Shown: positions 27,849 to 41,139, counted from the first letter of the stretch. The stretch is DNA of 64,000 bases from Octopus vulgaris (GCA_951406725.2 OX597817.1:46376001-46440000); one strand, 5' to 3'. Notes: generated by a model not told the origin, from the letters alone. Numbers and translations are program-made.

Positions 27849-28560
27849 CCGGCTTTGATTAACTATATACGCCTTTCGGGGTTAAAGATATGTAAAAAGA
27901 TGTAAAATCATATTTCTAATCACTTATTCCCTTCCTCAGTTTAGTAATTCAAGTTTTAAATTTCAGAGCAATGATAATTAAAATACGTACCCGACCAAGC
28001 ACCACCGAATAGCATATTTCCAAAAACCAGTACTTCCGAATTCAAACAGACGAATAGATCTTCCTCTATCAGCCACGTCTGCCACGAGTAATTCCGCAGA
28101 AACTGCAGTTTACTATCAGGGAGTGAATTATGTTATCAACAATAATAAAGGGTAAAATGAATTACGCAATTAATAATTAATAGTTTTATCAAGTAGTTCG
28201 GTATGTTAAAAGAACCATTATCGGTAAACTTATACAAAAATTCTATAATTATGAGCACAGTTATAATTAGGGTTCAGCAAAATTTGCTTCACCACATACC
28301 GAAATTTAGAAATAGCAGTTAAAATACTATTCTACTACCATAAGATATCTCCCAGACAACAATATTCTACAACTCACGTAGGTAATTTCAAAAAAAAAAA
28401 AACTAATCCACCCGGCTTTGATTAACTATAATTATTAAAACAAAGTCTATAGAGAACTGCCTAAATACGTTACAATATTAATTTAAATAATTTTAATAAT
28501 TTTATATACGTGTATACCGAAGCACAATTTTCTGAATACGTCAAAATTCTTTTTATCGCA
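27846..28560 (-). mobile_element. pLTR-like repeat of a second family with a degenerate hammerhead (27862-27945)
   Basis: 22-bp direct repeat cacccggctttgattaactata at 27846 and 28409; 28140-28330 resembles 9020-9180. Right boundary uncertain. Confidence 0.5.
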
Positions 28561-29939
28561 AAACTTATTAATGATGTTCATATTCTTACGCTTTAAATAA
28601 TGATAGCTTCCATCAGAAACACAAATTGGATTTTCTCTGAGCTTACTAAAATACACCAGATAATTTTACGGTTTTCTCTATATTCTGGAAGCTACGACAA
28701 TTCGTCATTCCTTAGAAGCGCAGAGTTTGAGAGTTTGGTAGTTCATTATATTCACTATATTACACCTCTCTATGTTCTAAGATTTGTTATTATTGGAACT
28801 AATTTTTAATGTATTTCTTGAATCTTATGAAACTAATTTTGTTGCCTGTAATCTCCCATCAGCAGATTACCGAATATACCGAAGCTTACTTAGACAGAAA
28901 TAACCATATAAATCCGCAATAGAATTAAAGACAAATGTAATCTACAATAACAATAACGTCTCTTTTGTTAAAATTGGGAGCTTAGATGGACGACTTTCTT
29001 GTTGTCTACACACATGTCCATCTGGGACATTCTAGCCGGTGTTTACCAAAATAATTGTAAGATACGCATACGATTGCTGTTTGAAGATACATATATACTT
29101 TTACGGCAACAGAACTAGAAAATCGTCTTGCATATTGAGTCACTTTCTTACCGACTGTTTTTTAGTAATTGTATAAAATATCTCGGAAATGTTTGACTAG
29201 ACGAACATGTAATCGTATAGTTCTCATACTTTACAGTGGGTCTACCGTCGCCAATGTTATACACTACAATACGTAGAGATACTGTCATCTTACACCGTAT
29301 TTTGAATTGTTAACAATGGCTAAGTCAATGCCCGGTCAGATCGAGCAGGTCTGAGATGAACCGCATACTATCAGTAACCATTTCCAAATTTTTCCACTCA
29401 CAGTGCTTCAAGAAACACGTTTACAAGTAAGTTCCTCTCTTTGTCAGACAACAGTTTTATTAAATGAAGATTTGACTGTTAGCACCATCGGCTCAGGGGA
29501 CTGCACGGACTAGTCCTCGTTGATTTTGATGTGTTTTAAAAGATTCAACATCTTGCAGCCGGTTTCACCAAAAGGTAAGCACACTTGAGAATTTATATCT
29601 GCATATTATATGCCATTTGTGATTATTAAGCTATTTTTCCGACTTCGATTCTGTATGTTAGACATAGATCCATACGAGACTCACTTGAGTTTAAGACCAG
29701 ATATCTATTTTAAGGGCATTTTAAGTATAACTAATACTTATTTATAGAGCTATTTGGACAAATAGCTTTACCAATAATCCACTGCAGAGTACGAACCACG
29801 AACCTCTCCGATGACCGATGAATCTTTATCCTCTGCGATTTGATTAGTAAGTACAGCGGTGAAATATATTATCCACTTCCAGTTAGCATGCCATATTCCT
29901 TCAGCTATAACCTTTGCCTTGCTGTAGGACATTGTTGTA

Positions 29940-30028
<89 letters not shown>

Positions 30029-30630
30029 TATGTGTGTGTGTATGTATGTGTATGTGTATACATATATGCGAGTGTGCCTGCGTGTGTGTATGTGGGTGTG
30101 TTTGTGTGTATTTCTGACTAAGATTACTGAGAACAATAAGCGAGATTCCAACACAAATCTAGAAGATTTTAAAATGTTTGAATTACCTCATAAATTATTG
30201 ACGAGTAGATCCTTTTCAAGGTTTCTGCAATAAAAAAAGAATTCAACAACGCTATTAAATAATAATTTATAAAGTGGAGAATATTTATAGACGATAAATA
30301 TAATTCATTCTTTATCGCTAATAAATATTTATATTTTCGGCACCAACTTGTAGTTTTGTTTAGCTGATCGCGTCAGTTACAATACATGACTCAACAACCA
30401 TGTTTTGTAAACCATGGACCATAGTTGCTGATTATGTTATTGCTATTTAATGCCAGGTCAACTCGTACTGTTTAGAGCTATAATTCATATGCAATTCTTA
30501 CGTAGTTGATCAACGCCAGACATTGGTTTTTGTTATTGCTGTTGTTCTTAAGCGATTAGCCCCAGAGGAAATCTAATTGGAGTAGCGTTTATGAGTAAAT
30601 GTATTTGAGGAGTGGTTGTGTGGTAAGCAT

Positions 30631-31035
30631 AGGCGCAGGGGTGGCTGTGTGGTAAGTAAATTGCTTACCAACCACATGGTTCCGAGTTCAGTCCCACTGC
30701 GTGGCACCTTGTCCAAGTGTCTTCTACTATAGCCTCGGGCCGACCAAAGCCTTGTGAGTGGATTTGGTAGACGGAAACTGAAAGAAGCCCGTCGCATATA
30801 TGTATATGTATACATACGTGTGTTTGTGTATCTGTGTTTGTCCCCCCAACATCGCTTGACAACCGATGCTGGTGTGTTTACGTCCCGTAACTTACCGGTT
30901 CAGCAAAAGTGACCGATAGAATAAGTACTAAGCTTCCAACGAATAAGTCCTGGGGTCGATTTGCTCGACTAAAGGCAGTGCTCCAGCATGTCCGCATTCA
31001 AATGACTGAAACAAGTAAAAGAGTGTAAAAGAGTG
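30631..31035 (+). mobile_element. SINE family B, preceded by a short duplicated head (30609-30627)
   Basis: Full-length family B match. Confidence 0.88.
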
Positions 31036-31247
31036 ATCATTCTACATTTAATAAAGACCTAGTGTATCTTGTTCAGCATAATAAAATGAGTTCATAATTC
31101 TCAGAAATATTTCAATGTAATTTGGGTGAAATTTGTTCTATTATTTCTGGCGTACCGAACGGTCGCACAGAAACTCATTAGTTCGACGCTCCACATTTGA
31201 AAGTCGATAAATTCTTACGAGATTTGCTGGGCACAAAACTATGTTCA

Positions 31248-31614
31248 CGATCTTATCGTTCTGCTAAACCAGTCGTCTAGTCAACAAAAGCACCTCTATG
31301 TAGCCGCTTTAGTTGCTAGAATAAGCGATCAAATTTACCTCAGATAACGTTAGATTATTTTAAATTAAAGATAACGGAGACCATGACATCCGAAAAACTG
31401 GTTGTTTAAGACTGGAATTCCTTTAATAGTAGCACTGTCCGATCTTACTTTTAATGATCTTATTGTTCTGCCAAACCACTCGTCTAGTCAACAAAGGCGC
31501 CTATATGTAGATGCTTTAGTTGCTAGAATAAGCGATCAAATTTACCTCAGATAACGTTAGATTATTTTTGGTTGTTTACGACTGGAATTCTTTTACTAGT
31601 AGGACTGTCCGATC
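31248..31614. repeat. ~208-bp tandem duplication; second copy has an internal deletion
   Basis: gatcttat(c/t)gttctgc...gctagaataagcgatcaaatttacctcagataacgttagattatttt...ctgtccgatc occurs twice. Confidence 0.8.
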
Positions 31615-32878
31615 CAGCAACACAACGTCGAAAGAACAATTACAAAATAATTGTGATATCTAAGGTATTTGGAAAGATATATAACTGACTTAATGTCTGA
31701 TATTATTGTACTGTCTTGTACTCCTTGGAGGAAATGGTCAGTAAGCTCTTGTGAATTTTCAGCTCAGAAGTTAATCATGGAGAGTAAGGCGTTTGTTAAT
31801 TGCGCAATCGTTTGTACATTTTGGACATGCAGTAACTCCAACGAAAATAGTGAGAAATGAAATGAGAACATAATGTCTTGGATATTTGTTTGAACGAAGC
31901 ATAAATTCCATGATTATAGAAATATGGAGAACCGAATGAAATAATGCAGCACAGAAGTAGCATATATTACATTTTATGGTATATTAGATTCCACTGACAT
32001 CAGCTTGTATTTTCATTCTTCTTTGTTTCATTAACAAAAGTATCAGATGGATAATCAGATCTATTTAATTTTATATACCCGCCCACGTACTCATGCACAA
32101 CATGACTAATTTTAAATAGAAATAATAATTCCTGAGTTTCTTTTGTTTCTATTAAAAGGATAATCACTATTTTACCGAAGTATTCTATTCAAATATTTGG
32201 TAACATCAAATATTTAATTTGCTATATTTGAAAGCAGTAAATGTTGTTTTACGAGATTCAAATGCTGCAAAATATTATTAGTTGCTATATTCGAAAAATA
32301 TTTATTTTTATCCTCTGCTATATGCGTATTCATTTATATTGCATTTTTCAATTTTAAAAATATATATTTACAGTAAGGTATAATTCTCTAACATCGAACG
32401 AAAATTAATCCTCAAAGAGGAAAAAAGGGTTAAAAAAATATTTATGAAATGCGCGTGGAGATTAATAATAGAGTTATTCTTAAAAGTATTTGAAAAACGT
32501 CAGAAGTAAACTAAATGCGAGAGTGCTTTGTTTATATCTAGGATAAATCGCTATTTATTTAAAATTTCAAGAGATTCTCTGGAATGATTATATAAATGTT
32601 TAGTTTCTCCTGCGTTTCTCCAAAATACAGAAGAAAGCTAACGGAGTAAAATGAGTGCTTTACCTAGACAAAACTCTATCTATTTACACAACTATATCTA
32701 AAGCTATGTAATATTCCTACAGTTTCTGTAATGTAATTAGCAGAATAACTAAATGACTTACCATTGATTGTCAATTAAATTTAACCCACTAGAATTTTCT
32801 TGCTACATGCTTATGACTTAAACTTCAGGGCTCAATATTTATTTTAGATTAAAGCAGAGATTTTACTTTTCGTAATAC

Positions 32879-33091
32879 CTAATTCTTTACTGCCCACAAG
32901 GGGCTACACACAGAAGGGACAAACAAGGAGCGACAATCGACCCCAGTGCATAACTGGTACTTATTAATCGACCCCGAAAGGATGAAAGGCAAAGACGACC
33001 TCGGCGGATTTGAACTCAGAACGCAACGGCAGACGAAATACTGCTAAGCATTTCGCCCGGCGTGCTAACGTTTCTGCCAGCCCGCCACCTT
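32879..33091 (-). mobile_element. SINE family A with a 12-bp TSD
   Basis: TSD ttttcgtaatac at 32867-32878 and 33092-33103. Confidence 0.88.
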
Positions 33092-33949
33092 TTTTCGTAA
33101 TACGATTATATGACTGGTATATGTTTATTAACATTGTTGTTCAGTCAACTTGTTATAACACTATGGGTATATGAATCTATGCATTCCAATACATTTAGAA
33201 CGAGGAAATAATGTCTCCTAGATTGGCGTCTTCCCAAAATATTATATGAATTTAAGACGAATCTCTATTTTTTGGACTAGAGTTTTTCTTATAGTTTTTT
33301 CCACTCTCTTTTTCTATAATATATTATAAGCTGTTAGAAGATTTAAATAATGTTCTTCATTTTAGATTATATATAAGTAGCTAGATAGATAAAACAGACA
33401 GGTCTTTCAGAACTATAACGTAAATGTATTAGATTAGAAGGAAAACGAAGTGATTTCCAACTTTTGAAGTATTTCTTGTTTTGATGGAAAGAAACTCAGA
33501 ATCTTCAGTAGCAGCCAACCGACAATTTAATAATTTTTCTTTGATGCAGTGAATCTATGATATATTTCTTGTCGTTTAACAAATTCAAGCTAAAAAACAA
33601 TTATTCCCCAACATTAGAAGAAAATGTTTGTAATAATTTTAAAATCTATTGATTTCCCCGTGTTTTAATAACGTCAGACCGTCGTATTATGGCAGAGAAA
33701 TGAAATTGCCGAGTTGATAAATCAATAGATTCTGTTCTGAATGGTCATGAATACAAATCCACTACATGTGTTTCAAAGAATTTCAATGAAGAGCTCCAGA
33801 TTTCACATATTTCTCAGTAAATTCACTGTCGCTGGTACATAGAATATCACATGTTAATATTTATTGTGATAGACTGGCATCCGTTACAGGAGACGATTAA
33901 ATTCTCGTTTAATGTATTTAAGCCACCAAATATTGAAATATACCCCGAC

Positions 33950-34110
33950 ATGCGAGAGGGTGCTGAAAATTTCCTGGCTTTAAGGGTATCGCGAAAGGCT
34001 TGATTAGAGATCCAAACTTCCAAGTTCTTTTACAGGGCTTAGAATAACTGAAGGACCGCTGCAATATGTGGGAATAGGGGAATAGGGTCAATAAAATCAT
34101 AACCAACTGG
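33950..34110 (+). mobile_element. mariner-derived MITE or fragment
   Basis: Starts with mariner-like TIR tgcgagagggtgctgaaaatttcctggc; the internal part translates as LLQGLE*LKDRCNMWE*GN, resembling the mariner transposase C-terminus (GxxKLxxRWxKC). Confidence 0.5.
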
Positions 34111-35201
34111 TCCTCTTATATTACTATATATAGTAAAAATTGCTTACTACATGTCGATAATCAAATCAATAGTGTTTGGAACATCCAGATGAAAGGGAGC
34201 ACTCGCGTTTCTGTATTGTTCGATATCCAATGACGATACACTTAACACTTACCTTACTCAGAATAAGATGTCCGTATTAGATTACAATACTATGGTGCAG
34301 TGAGATGAGAATCCGTAAAATATACAATTATTTGCTTAGTTACAATGTTCAATTAATGAGTATGTTATTGAAAGCGTCCCTCCCTTCCAATGTGGTTATG
34401 ATTCATTTTAGGACATTTAGTTGCTATTTCTATATTGAAGAAAGAACTACATGTTTCTTCGTTGTTACTCTACTATGTCTAGCTTTTTGACGGATTACAG
34501 AAATGTCCTACAGTAACTACTGGCCTGCAGGGCATACATACAATTGCACCATAGATGTATTCATGACTAACAAAGTTCAAATTCGAACTACGTTAGATAA
34601 ACCTACAATGACGAAAGCATGTGGTCGCTTTCTCATCTGCCATTAGATGGCAGATTTTTTCTCTTTCAAATAGATTTGTATACTCTTAAATAAAATGGAC
34701 GGATAGTTCGGAGAATATAATCATAGATGCACTATGGATTAGAACAAAAGACTAGATGGTCACGGATGAAACATCTATATATAATACAGAACAAGATACA
34801 CAAGTCTATATCAAATGTAGTATGATTACTCCTCAAATACATTTGCTCATAAACGCTGCTCCAATTAGATTTCCTCTGGGGCTAAATCGCTTAAGAACAA
34901 CAGCAATAACAAAAACCACTGTCTGGCGTTGATAAACTATGTAAGAATTGTGTATGCTTGATCCTGGCTGGCGTGATATCACACATCGAAAATAACTATA
35001 CTATAACATCTGCATGTTTTTATTTGTTGGTATATGATTTTGTCAATTGAGTATAGGTTTGTTCAATTCTGAACGTAAACAAGTGTAGTGGGACTTTCAT
35101 TGGAACATTTAAACCTGGACTTGCAGCCGTAAAACGATCCTGCCTTGAATGCTTTGGTCAGTTGAATCGACTATAGTCTATTATGAGTGATTATTTTGAG
35201 T

Positions 35202-35535
35202 GAAGGCGCATGGCTCAGTGGTTAGAGCGTCGAGCTTACGACCGTGATGTTGTGAGTTCGAATCCCAGACCAGGCTGCGTGTTGTGTTCTTGAGCAAGAC
35301 ACTTTATTTCACGTTGCTCCAGTTCACTCAGCTGTAGAAATGAGCTGCGACGTCACAGGTGCCAAGCTGTGTCTGCTGTTGCCTTTCCTTTGGATAACAC
35401 CGGTGGCCTTGGAGAGGGGAGGCTGGTATGTATGGGCGACTGCTGTTCTTCCATAAACAAGCTTGCTCGGACTTGTGCCTGGGAGGGTAACTTTCTAGGT
35501 GCAATCTCGCGGTCAGTCATGATCGAAGGGGGTCT
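35202..35535 (+). mobile_element. tRNA-derived SINE related to family D
   Basis: A-box tggctcagtggttagagc, B-box gagttcgaatcc, then gttcttgagcaagacacttt...ttgctccagttcactcagctg; no acceptor stem closure. Confidence 0.75.
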
Positions 35536-36019
35536 CAGGTGTCTATTATTTAAGTGCAGTACTTATTTTGTCGCTCTTCTATAATTTTGTTGAATCACTA
35601 ATCAGGGAGATAGAAACATCTTACGTATAAGTACCCCCATTAGATTCACTCATGACACGTTAGCATGCCTACACCTATAGTAGGGGTCGGTTGCACAAGT
35701 CGATGCCCAAAATGACTGAATCAACGTGTCTCCGAAACAAATTACAAAACCTACGCCTTTACTGTAAATTCCTGATAAGCACTGATTAAATCCCGGTTAC
35801 AGTTATCTATATTGAAATATGAGGTTGTTGTTGCCCTACAATAATTATATACAGTTTTGTACGTAGACTAAATCAAACAAATAATGTCAATAATGCAACA
35901 TGAAATGAAGACATGAATTTATTACTGATTAATATGTTACACATATATTTAGATTTATATGTGATATATAATAATAATCTATAAAATTGGATTTCATCAT
36001 ATCTGTGAACTTCAGGTTA

Positions 36020-36395
36020 TCTCTCTATATATATAAACGGCAAAATGTATGTGTGTGTGTGCGCGCGTGTCCTTTATACAAATCCACAATTTTTCAGTTA
36101 GAGGGCTCGCACTTTCTATGGTCATTCAAAACCGTTCAAGCGTGGTCGTGCACATCCTTATATTTCCCCAGTCACCCCGCAAAGCGATTAAAAGATCAAT
36201 AGAAGTGACTTTCTTGTGAATTTTCTACCCAAAATCCAATCAAAATGCCCGAAACTTGATACGCCAATTGAATGCCAGCTAGCTGTATGTGATTGGTCGG
36301 AGATTTGGACAGTACTTGCGTGTATGTGCGCACGCATACAGCTGTATATGCATGCACTAGCACGATGACCCAGCAACGCCGGGTCGTAGTGCTAG
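36020..36395 (+). mobile_element. Non-autonomous Helitron
   Basis: A|TC start, 3' hairpin gacccagcaacgccgggtc, CTAG|T end. Confidence 0.8.
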
Positions 36396-36469
36396 TTTAA
36401 AATATGTTTGTGACATTTTGTAACTTCTAAATGTGATCAGCTCGACTAAGCTTTGCAAGAGAGCGACTG

Positions 36470-36680
36470 AGGGCTTTCTCAACCGCACACTGCCCATCGT
36501 AAACTGTGAGGTTACAAACGGAAGAACTGAGAGGTCAAAAATTGGGTATGGCAAGAAACTGAATATTGTTGGTACACATTATGGCCTTCCAAAAAGAATT
36601 AGCTCCAGCCATGTATTCACTACAGACTCCAGTAGCGTCATGTAGCTGACTGAATCGTGCTTAAGGCCCTGCTGAAAGAT
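36470..36680 (-). pseudogene. Degenerate Tc1/mariner-superfamily transposase relic
   Basis: Hand translation with frameshifts gives YMTLLESVVNTWLELILFGRP*..VYQQYSVSCHT..F*PLSSSVCNLTVYDGQCAVEK, resembling GRPYVxQQDSAPCH...WPPNSPDxNPLDYxVWGAVE. Confidence 0.55.
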
Positions 36681-36884
36681 GCAGAGATAGCTTCCTGCGT
36701 GCAGATACAATCAGAACGCTTATTGCTTCCCCTGCTCATGGCTACGGCTTTGCAGTATCCGATGCAGCTGTCAATGTCACATACTACAGCCTTTACAGTG
36801 TTCACAGGATTTTGACAGCAGTGAGGGTTTCGGTATTTCGATAGCCGGCCCAATCATCATGAAGGAAGTAACCCTTTTGCTAAT

Positions 36885-37100
36885 ATCAGTTTCAAATTTT
36901 GAAACAAAGCCAGAAAGATCGCAGAAAGAGCCAAGTCGATTATATTGACACTAGAGAGTTCAACTGGTACTTCTTTTATCGGCCCCAAAGGGGGAAAGGT
37001 AAAGTCGACCTCGATAGAATTTGAACTGAGAACGTAAAGACGGACGAAATGCCGCTAAGCAATAGAGGTATGCTAACAGTTCTATTAGCATGTCGCCCTA
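36885..37100 (-). mobile_element. Old SINE family A variant
   Basis: Diverged family A core and head. Confidence 0.65.
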
Positions 37101-37209
37101 ATTATAAGTAAGTAGGGATTTCACATTGTAGTACGAGGCCGGCCATTTCGATGGAGGAGTAAGTAACTTTCATGGGCCCATGTGCTCAAATGGTACTTAT
37201 TTCATCGAA

Positions 37210-37441
37210 GGGCGGCGAGCTGGCAGAATTGTTAGCACGCCGGGCGAAATGCTCAGCAGTATTTCGTCTGCCGTTACGTTCTGAGTTCAAATTCCGCCGA
37301 GGTCGACTTTGCCTTTCATCCTTTCGGGGTCGATAAATTGAGTACCAGTTACGCACTGGGGTCGATATAATCGACTTAATCCGTCTGTCTGTCCTTATTT
37401 GTCTCCTCTGTGTTTAGCCCCTTGTGGGTAGTAAAGAAATA
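37210..37441 (+). mobile_element. Young SINE family A with an 18-bp TSD, nested antisense in an older family A variant (~37115-37565, minus)
   Basis: TSD ggtacttatttcatcgaa at 37192-37209 and 37442-37459. Confidence 0.92.
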
Positions 37442-38289
37442 GGTACTTATTTCATCGAACCGAGAGGGCTGAAAGGCAAAGTGAACCTCAGTGGAATTTG
37501 AACACAGGCCGTACAGACGGACGAAATACTACCAAGCTTTTTGTCTTAGATGTTACCGCATCACCTTCCTAATTATATATAAATATATAAAAGACTACGT
37601 TAACTTCATCCAAATATTCCAGAAGTAAGGTTACCTTCACTCACTGTGTAATTTTAGCAGAACAATCTACGCATATTTATTATTCATCAGAGAAAATTTC
37701 GCATCGGAATGAGCATATTTTTTACGCAAAATACTATTCCTAAATTCGATTTTACATTTGTGAATAATATTGATTTCTCACTTTGGCACAATGCAACACA
37801 TTTTGTTTACAGTGGGAAACAGTCGATTAATAATACCTCGGTTCTTTTGTGGAATTTATTTTCTGAACTGCCAAAGGATAGATGCAGAAGTCGACAATGG
37901 CGGAATTTGAAATTACAGCCTACTTATAAATCACATGACATGTTATTGAACCTTTTGCTGCTGCTGCTGCTGCTTCGTCATAACCCTTGCTTATGGATTA
38001 TATTGAATCACAAATTTAAATTTTCTTTATGAACATTTCTGAAGGCTTTTGTAAAACAAATCAGGGGTCATACATGAAAATGAATATGCTTTATGCAAAC
38101 ATATTAAGCATGGTTTCTCCCCATGTAGAACATTCTAAAATGTACTCATTAAATACTTCTATAATTTCTTTTTAATTAAATTATATTTGACCTGTTTCCA
38201 TGGAGGACATTTCTAAGGATACTAAACATTATTTTTCGTTTTTGGATTTGGTTTGCAATATTCTTTATATGAGTTCGTGTGTTGAAGCA

Positions 38290-38478
38290 TATTCTGTTGT
38301 GTCTGGGGAGAGTCATTTTCTTTTTGTGCCTTATAAAGTCAAGACTATTGAAAAGGTTGCAAGACGCAATGGAAATTTTAGGAAAATAAAAATAAGAAAT
38401 AAGTGGAAATTTTACCGGTGAGTGTGTTAAATTAAAAGGCACAGAAAGAAAACGACTCTCCCCAGACACAACAGAATA
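38290..38478. mobile_element. MITE with ~41-bp TIRs and TA ends
   Basis: tattctgttgtgtctggggagagtcattttctttttgtgcctt on the left and aaggcacagaaagaaaacgactctccccagacacaacagaata on the right. Confidence 0.85.
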
Positions 38479-39198
38479 AACATTATTTATTTGATAGAAA
38501 ACTGATGAGTTACTGGAAATTCAAATTCCTGGACAAAATATATTGGAGAACGTATTTACGGTTACTTAGTTACAATCTGATTCCATATATCACCGAAGTG
38601 GATTTGGTATCCCTCTTTTTTGCGTCTACCCAAACTCCAAAATTCATAGTAGGCAGGCAGTCATCAATTCGAGTATTTCCATGTCCCTCTACACTAATAC
38701 TAGATAACCTGTTGCTCAACATCTGAGTAAGACCGGCTTTTTGATCTTTTGACATGTTTATTTTATTCTGCCGGGTTTCTAATACACGCTTTTACTTGGT
38801 TATCCTAATTACTTACTAGATTAGCTGCCGGTGACCCGCCATCTGACAAGTTACATTAAGTTGCATGTTACCAACAGTATGTGGGAGTGGCTTAACCAAA
38901 ATACCTAATTTGTATCTTGCTAATTAAATATACAATTTTCTGGTGATGAATAAAATATTACGTATAGATATGTCTTGAATTATTTATGCAGATTATCTGA
39001 TAATATTTCACAATTACTCAGCAAATAACATTCTCTACAGCAGATCATCTCAAAGACTATGTTACTCTTGAACACGAGAGTATCTGTCATCCTTGATCAT
39101 TTGTTGATAGTCTTGAAATCCAAATGGACAATCGTGATTTGATATGGCACATTCACCATAGAAACTTGTGAACTAATTTCTATGTGTATTATTTATAC

Positions 39199-39510
39199 GT
39201 GGAGGCGCAATAGCCCAGTAGTTAGGGCAGCGGACTCGCGGTCGTGAGATCGCGGTTTCGATTCCCAGACTGGGTGTTGTGAGTGTTTATTGAGCGAAAA
39301 CACCTAAAGCTCCACGAGGCTCCAGCAGGGGGTGGTGGCGATCCCTGCTGTACTCTTTCGCCGCAACTTTCTCTCACTCTCTCTTCCTGTTGGCCTGCTC
39401 GCTTAGCCAGCGGGGTGGCGTCATTTGAAGGCTAAAGCAATGCGAGGCGCATTCAGACCAGCGATGTGTAGCAACATCTGATAGCCTGGTCGGTCAACGT
39501 GATCACGGTG
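39199..39510 (+). mobile_element. SINE family C with an 11-bp TSD
   Basis: TSD attatttatac at 39188-39198 and 39511-39521. Confidence 0.9.
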
Positions 39511-40026
39511 ATTATTTATACATATTGACATATTTGCACCAGGTCCTCAGACCGCTGAGGGAAAGTATATTCATTTCTCCTTAACGTATTTGAATTGGAG
39601 CCAGTACAATATAACAGGGTTATCTTTCATCTTTAAGAGGGGAGATATCTGCGGGATTTTTTAACATGCATCTGCTCGGATGTTGTTGATCTGTTGCTGT
39701 TTCTTTAGCTAAAACTCAAGCCTGATAGGCCATATCAAAATCCAATCTCAGTTACATCCACCCTTCCTTGTTCTTTACCTTTTATTACGTACGTAGGAAT
39801 AAATTATGTAACGTTTTCTCGTTTATAGATGAAGACCGTAGTTCGGCACATGTATATTCTGGCAAGATCAGGTTTCATTGAAAAAGACTTGCAGTGACAA
39901 TTCATGGACATTTTCCTTCGTCACGCAAATGGTGTTTATCCAAAAGAAAGTCAAAAACTTCGGCCGTTAACCGTGTCAACAGTGTCATCACAAGCGTTGT
40001 CGATCCGCAATGAGCTGGGACCTATA

Positions 40027-40195
40027 AGGCGGCAAGCTGGCAGAATCGTTAGCATGCCGGGCGAAATGCTTAGGGGTATTTCGCATGCCACTACATTCTG
40101 AGTTCAAATCCGCCGAGGTCGACTTTGCTTCTCATCATTTCGGGGTCGATGAATTAAGAACCAGTTGCGCACTGGGGTCGATCTAATCGACTGGC
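40027..40195 (+). mobile_element. SINE family A, 3'-truncated
   Basis: Head and core match family A. Confidence 0.8.
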
Positions 40196-40304
40196 GGCTC
40201 ACAATTCTGGCGGCTCGCTGCCTTTGTCACTTGTAATTAAACTATGGGAGAAATGGCATTAGTTATTAATTTGCATTGTTACGCTCAAACTAATTATTTC
40301 TGGT

Positions 40305-40760
40305 TAGTTTTTCAATGTTGTTTTTTCTATAACACTAACTTGACTATTTTAACCTCGTACAAGCGAATAAAAACAGAGCGATGTTCTTATCATAAATATG
40401 ACAATCCCTGAAGAAGATATGTTTCACAGACGAGATCTTATAAGATCGGAATACATCCGAAGTTGTCGTCCATACATGGCAAAATTAGATTATAATATTA
40501 CTTAGCATTAATATATATTTTTATATTCACACTACATAATTACTTTTCGTTAGTTTTCATTGGTGTTTGTATAACTTGTCTATTAATTTTAATCTTGTAC
40601 ACGTCTAGAAAAGTACAAGAATATAGCGATGCCCTTGCCAAGAATTTCGCAATCACTAAGGAAGTTATGTTTCACTAACGAGATCTTATAAGATCGGAAC
40701 ACATCCGGAGTTGTCATCCATACCTGAGAAAATTAGATTAAAATACTATTTGTTATTCAG
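40305..40760 (+). repeat. Diverged ~248-bp tandem pair with a conserved palindrome and hammerhead-like remnants
   Basis: tatgtttcac..acgagatcttataagatcggaa(t/c)acatccg..gttgtc..ccatac...aaaattagatta occurs twice. Confidence 0.7.
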
Positions 40761-40978
40761 CTAATGTTTTGTTCTCCTCATTGCATAAATATTATTAATT
40801 AATTAGATTTTCTTCATTACATTAACTATGATGGCACTCACGTGGCTATTAATTCCTAAGATTGCTGATTTTACGTCTGCGAGCTCAATTAGCAATCTTG
40901 TCCAATGACTGCATCTGTATTGTTCAGTTGACGATCAATAACAAATAAAATTCTGCTGTCTCACCCATTCGCTCTTCG

Positions 40979-41014
<36 letters not shown>

Positions 41015-41104
41015 CATCTGTCTCTCTGTCTCCTACTGAAATACATACATATTTCTGTACAGATGTACACATACACTCACGCACACACCACACAAATATA
41101 TGTA

Positions 41105-41139
<35 letters not shown>

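Noticed and set aside
35205-35280. tRNA-like sequence with good A and B boxes; similar heads at 11932, 18850 and 39204
   Set aside because: No acceptor stem closure, and each continues into a repeated SINE body.
38498-38545. CTGATGA followed by a weak hairpin and AAAA; similar weak hits at 8884 and 54838-54870 (minus)
   Set aside because: Each lacks the GAAA box or stem I, which is expected by chance in AT-rich DNA.
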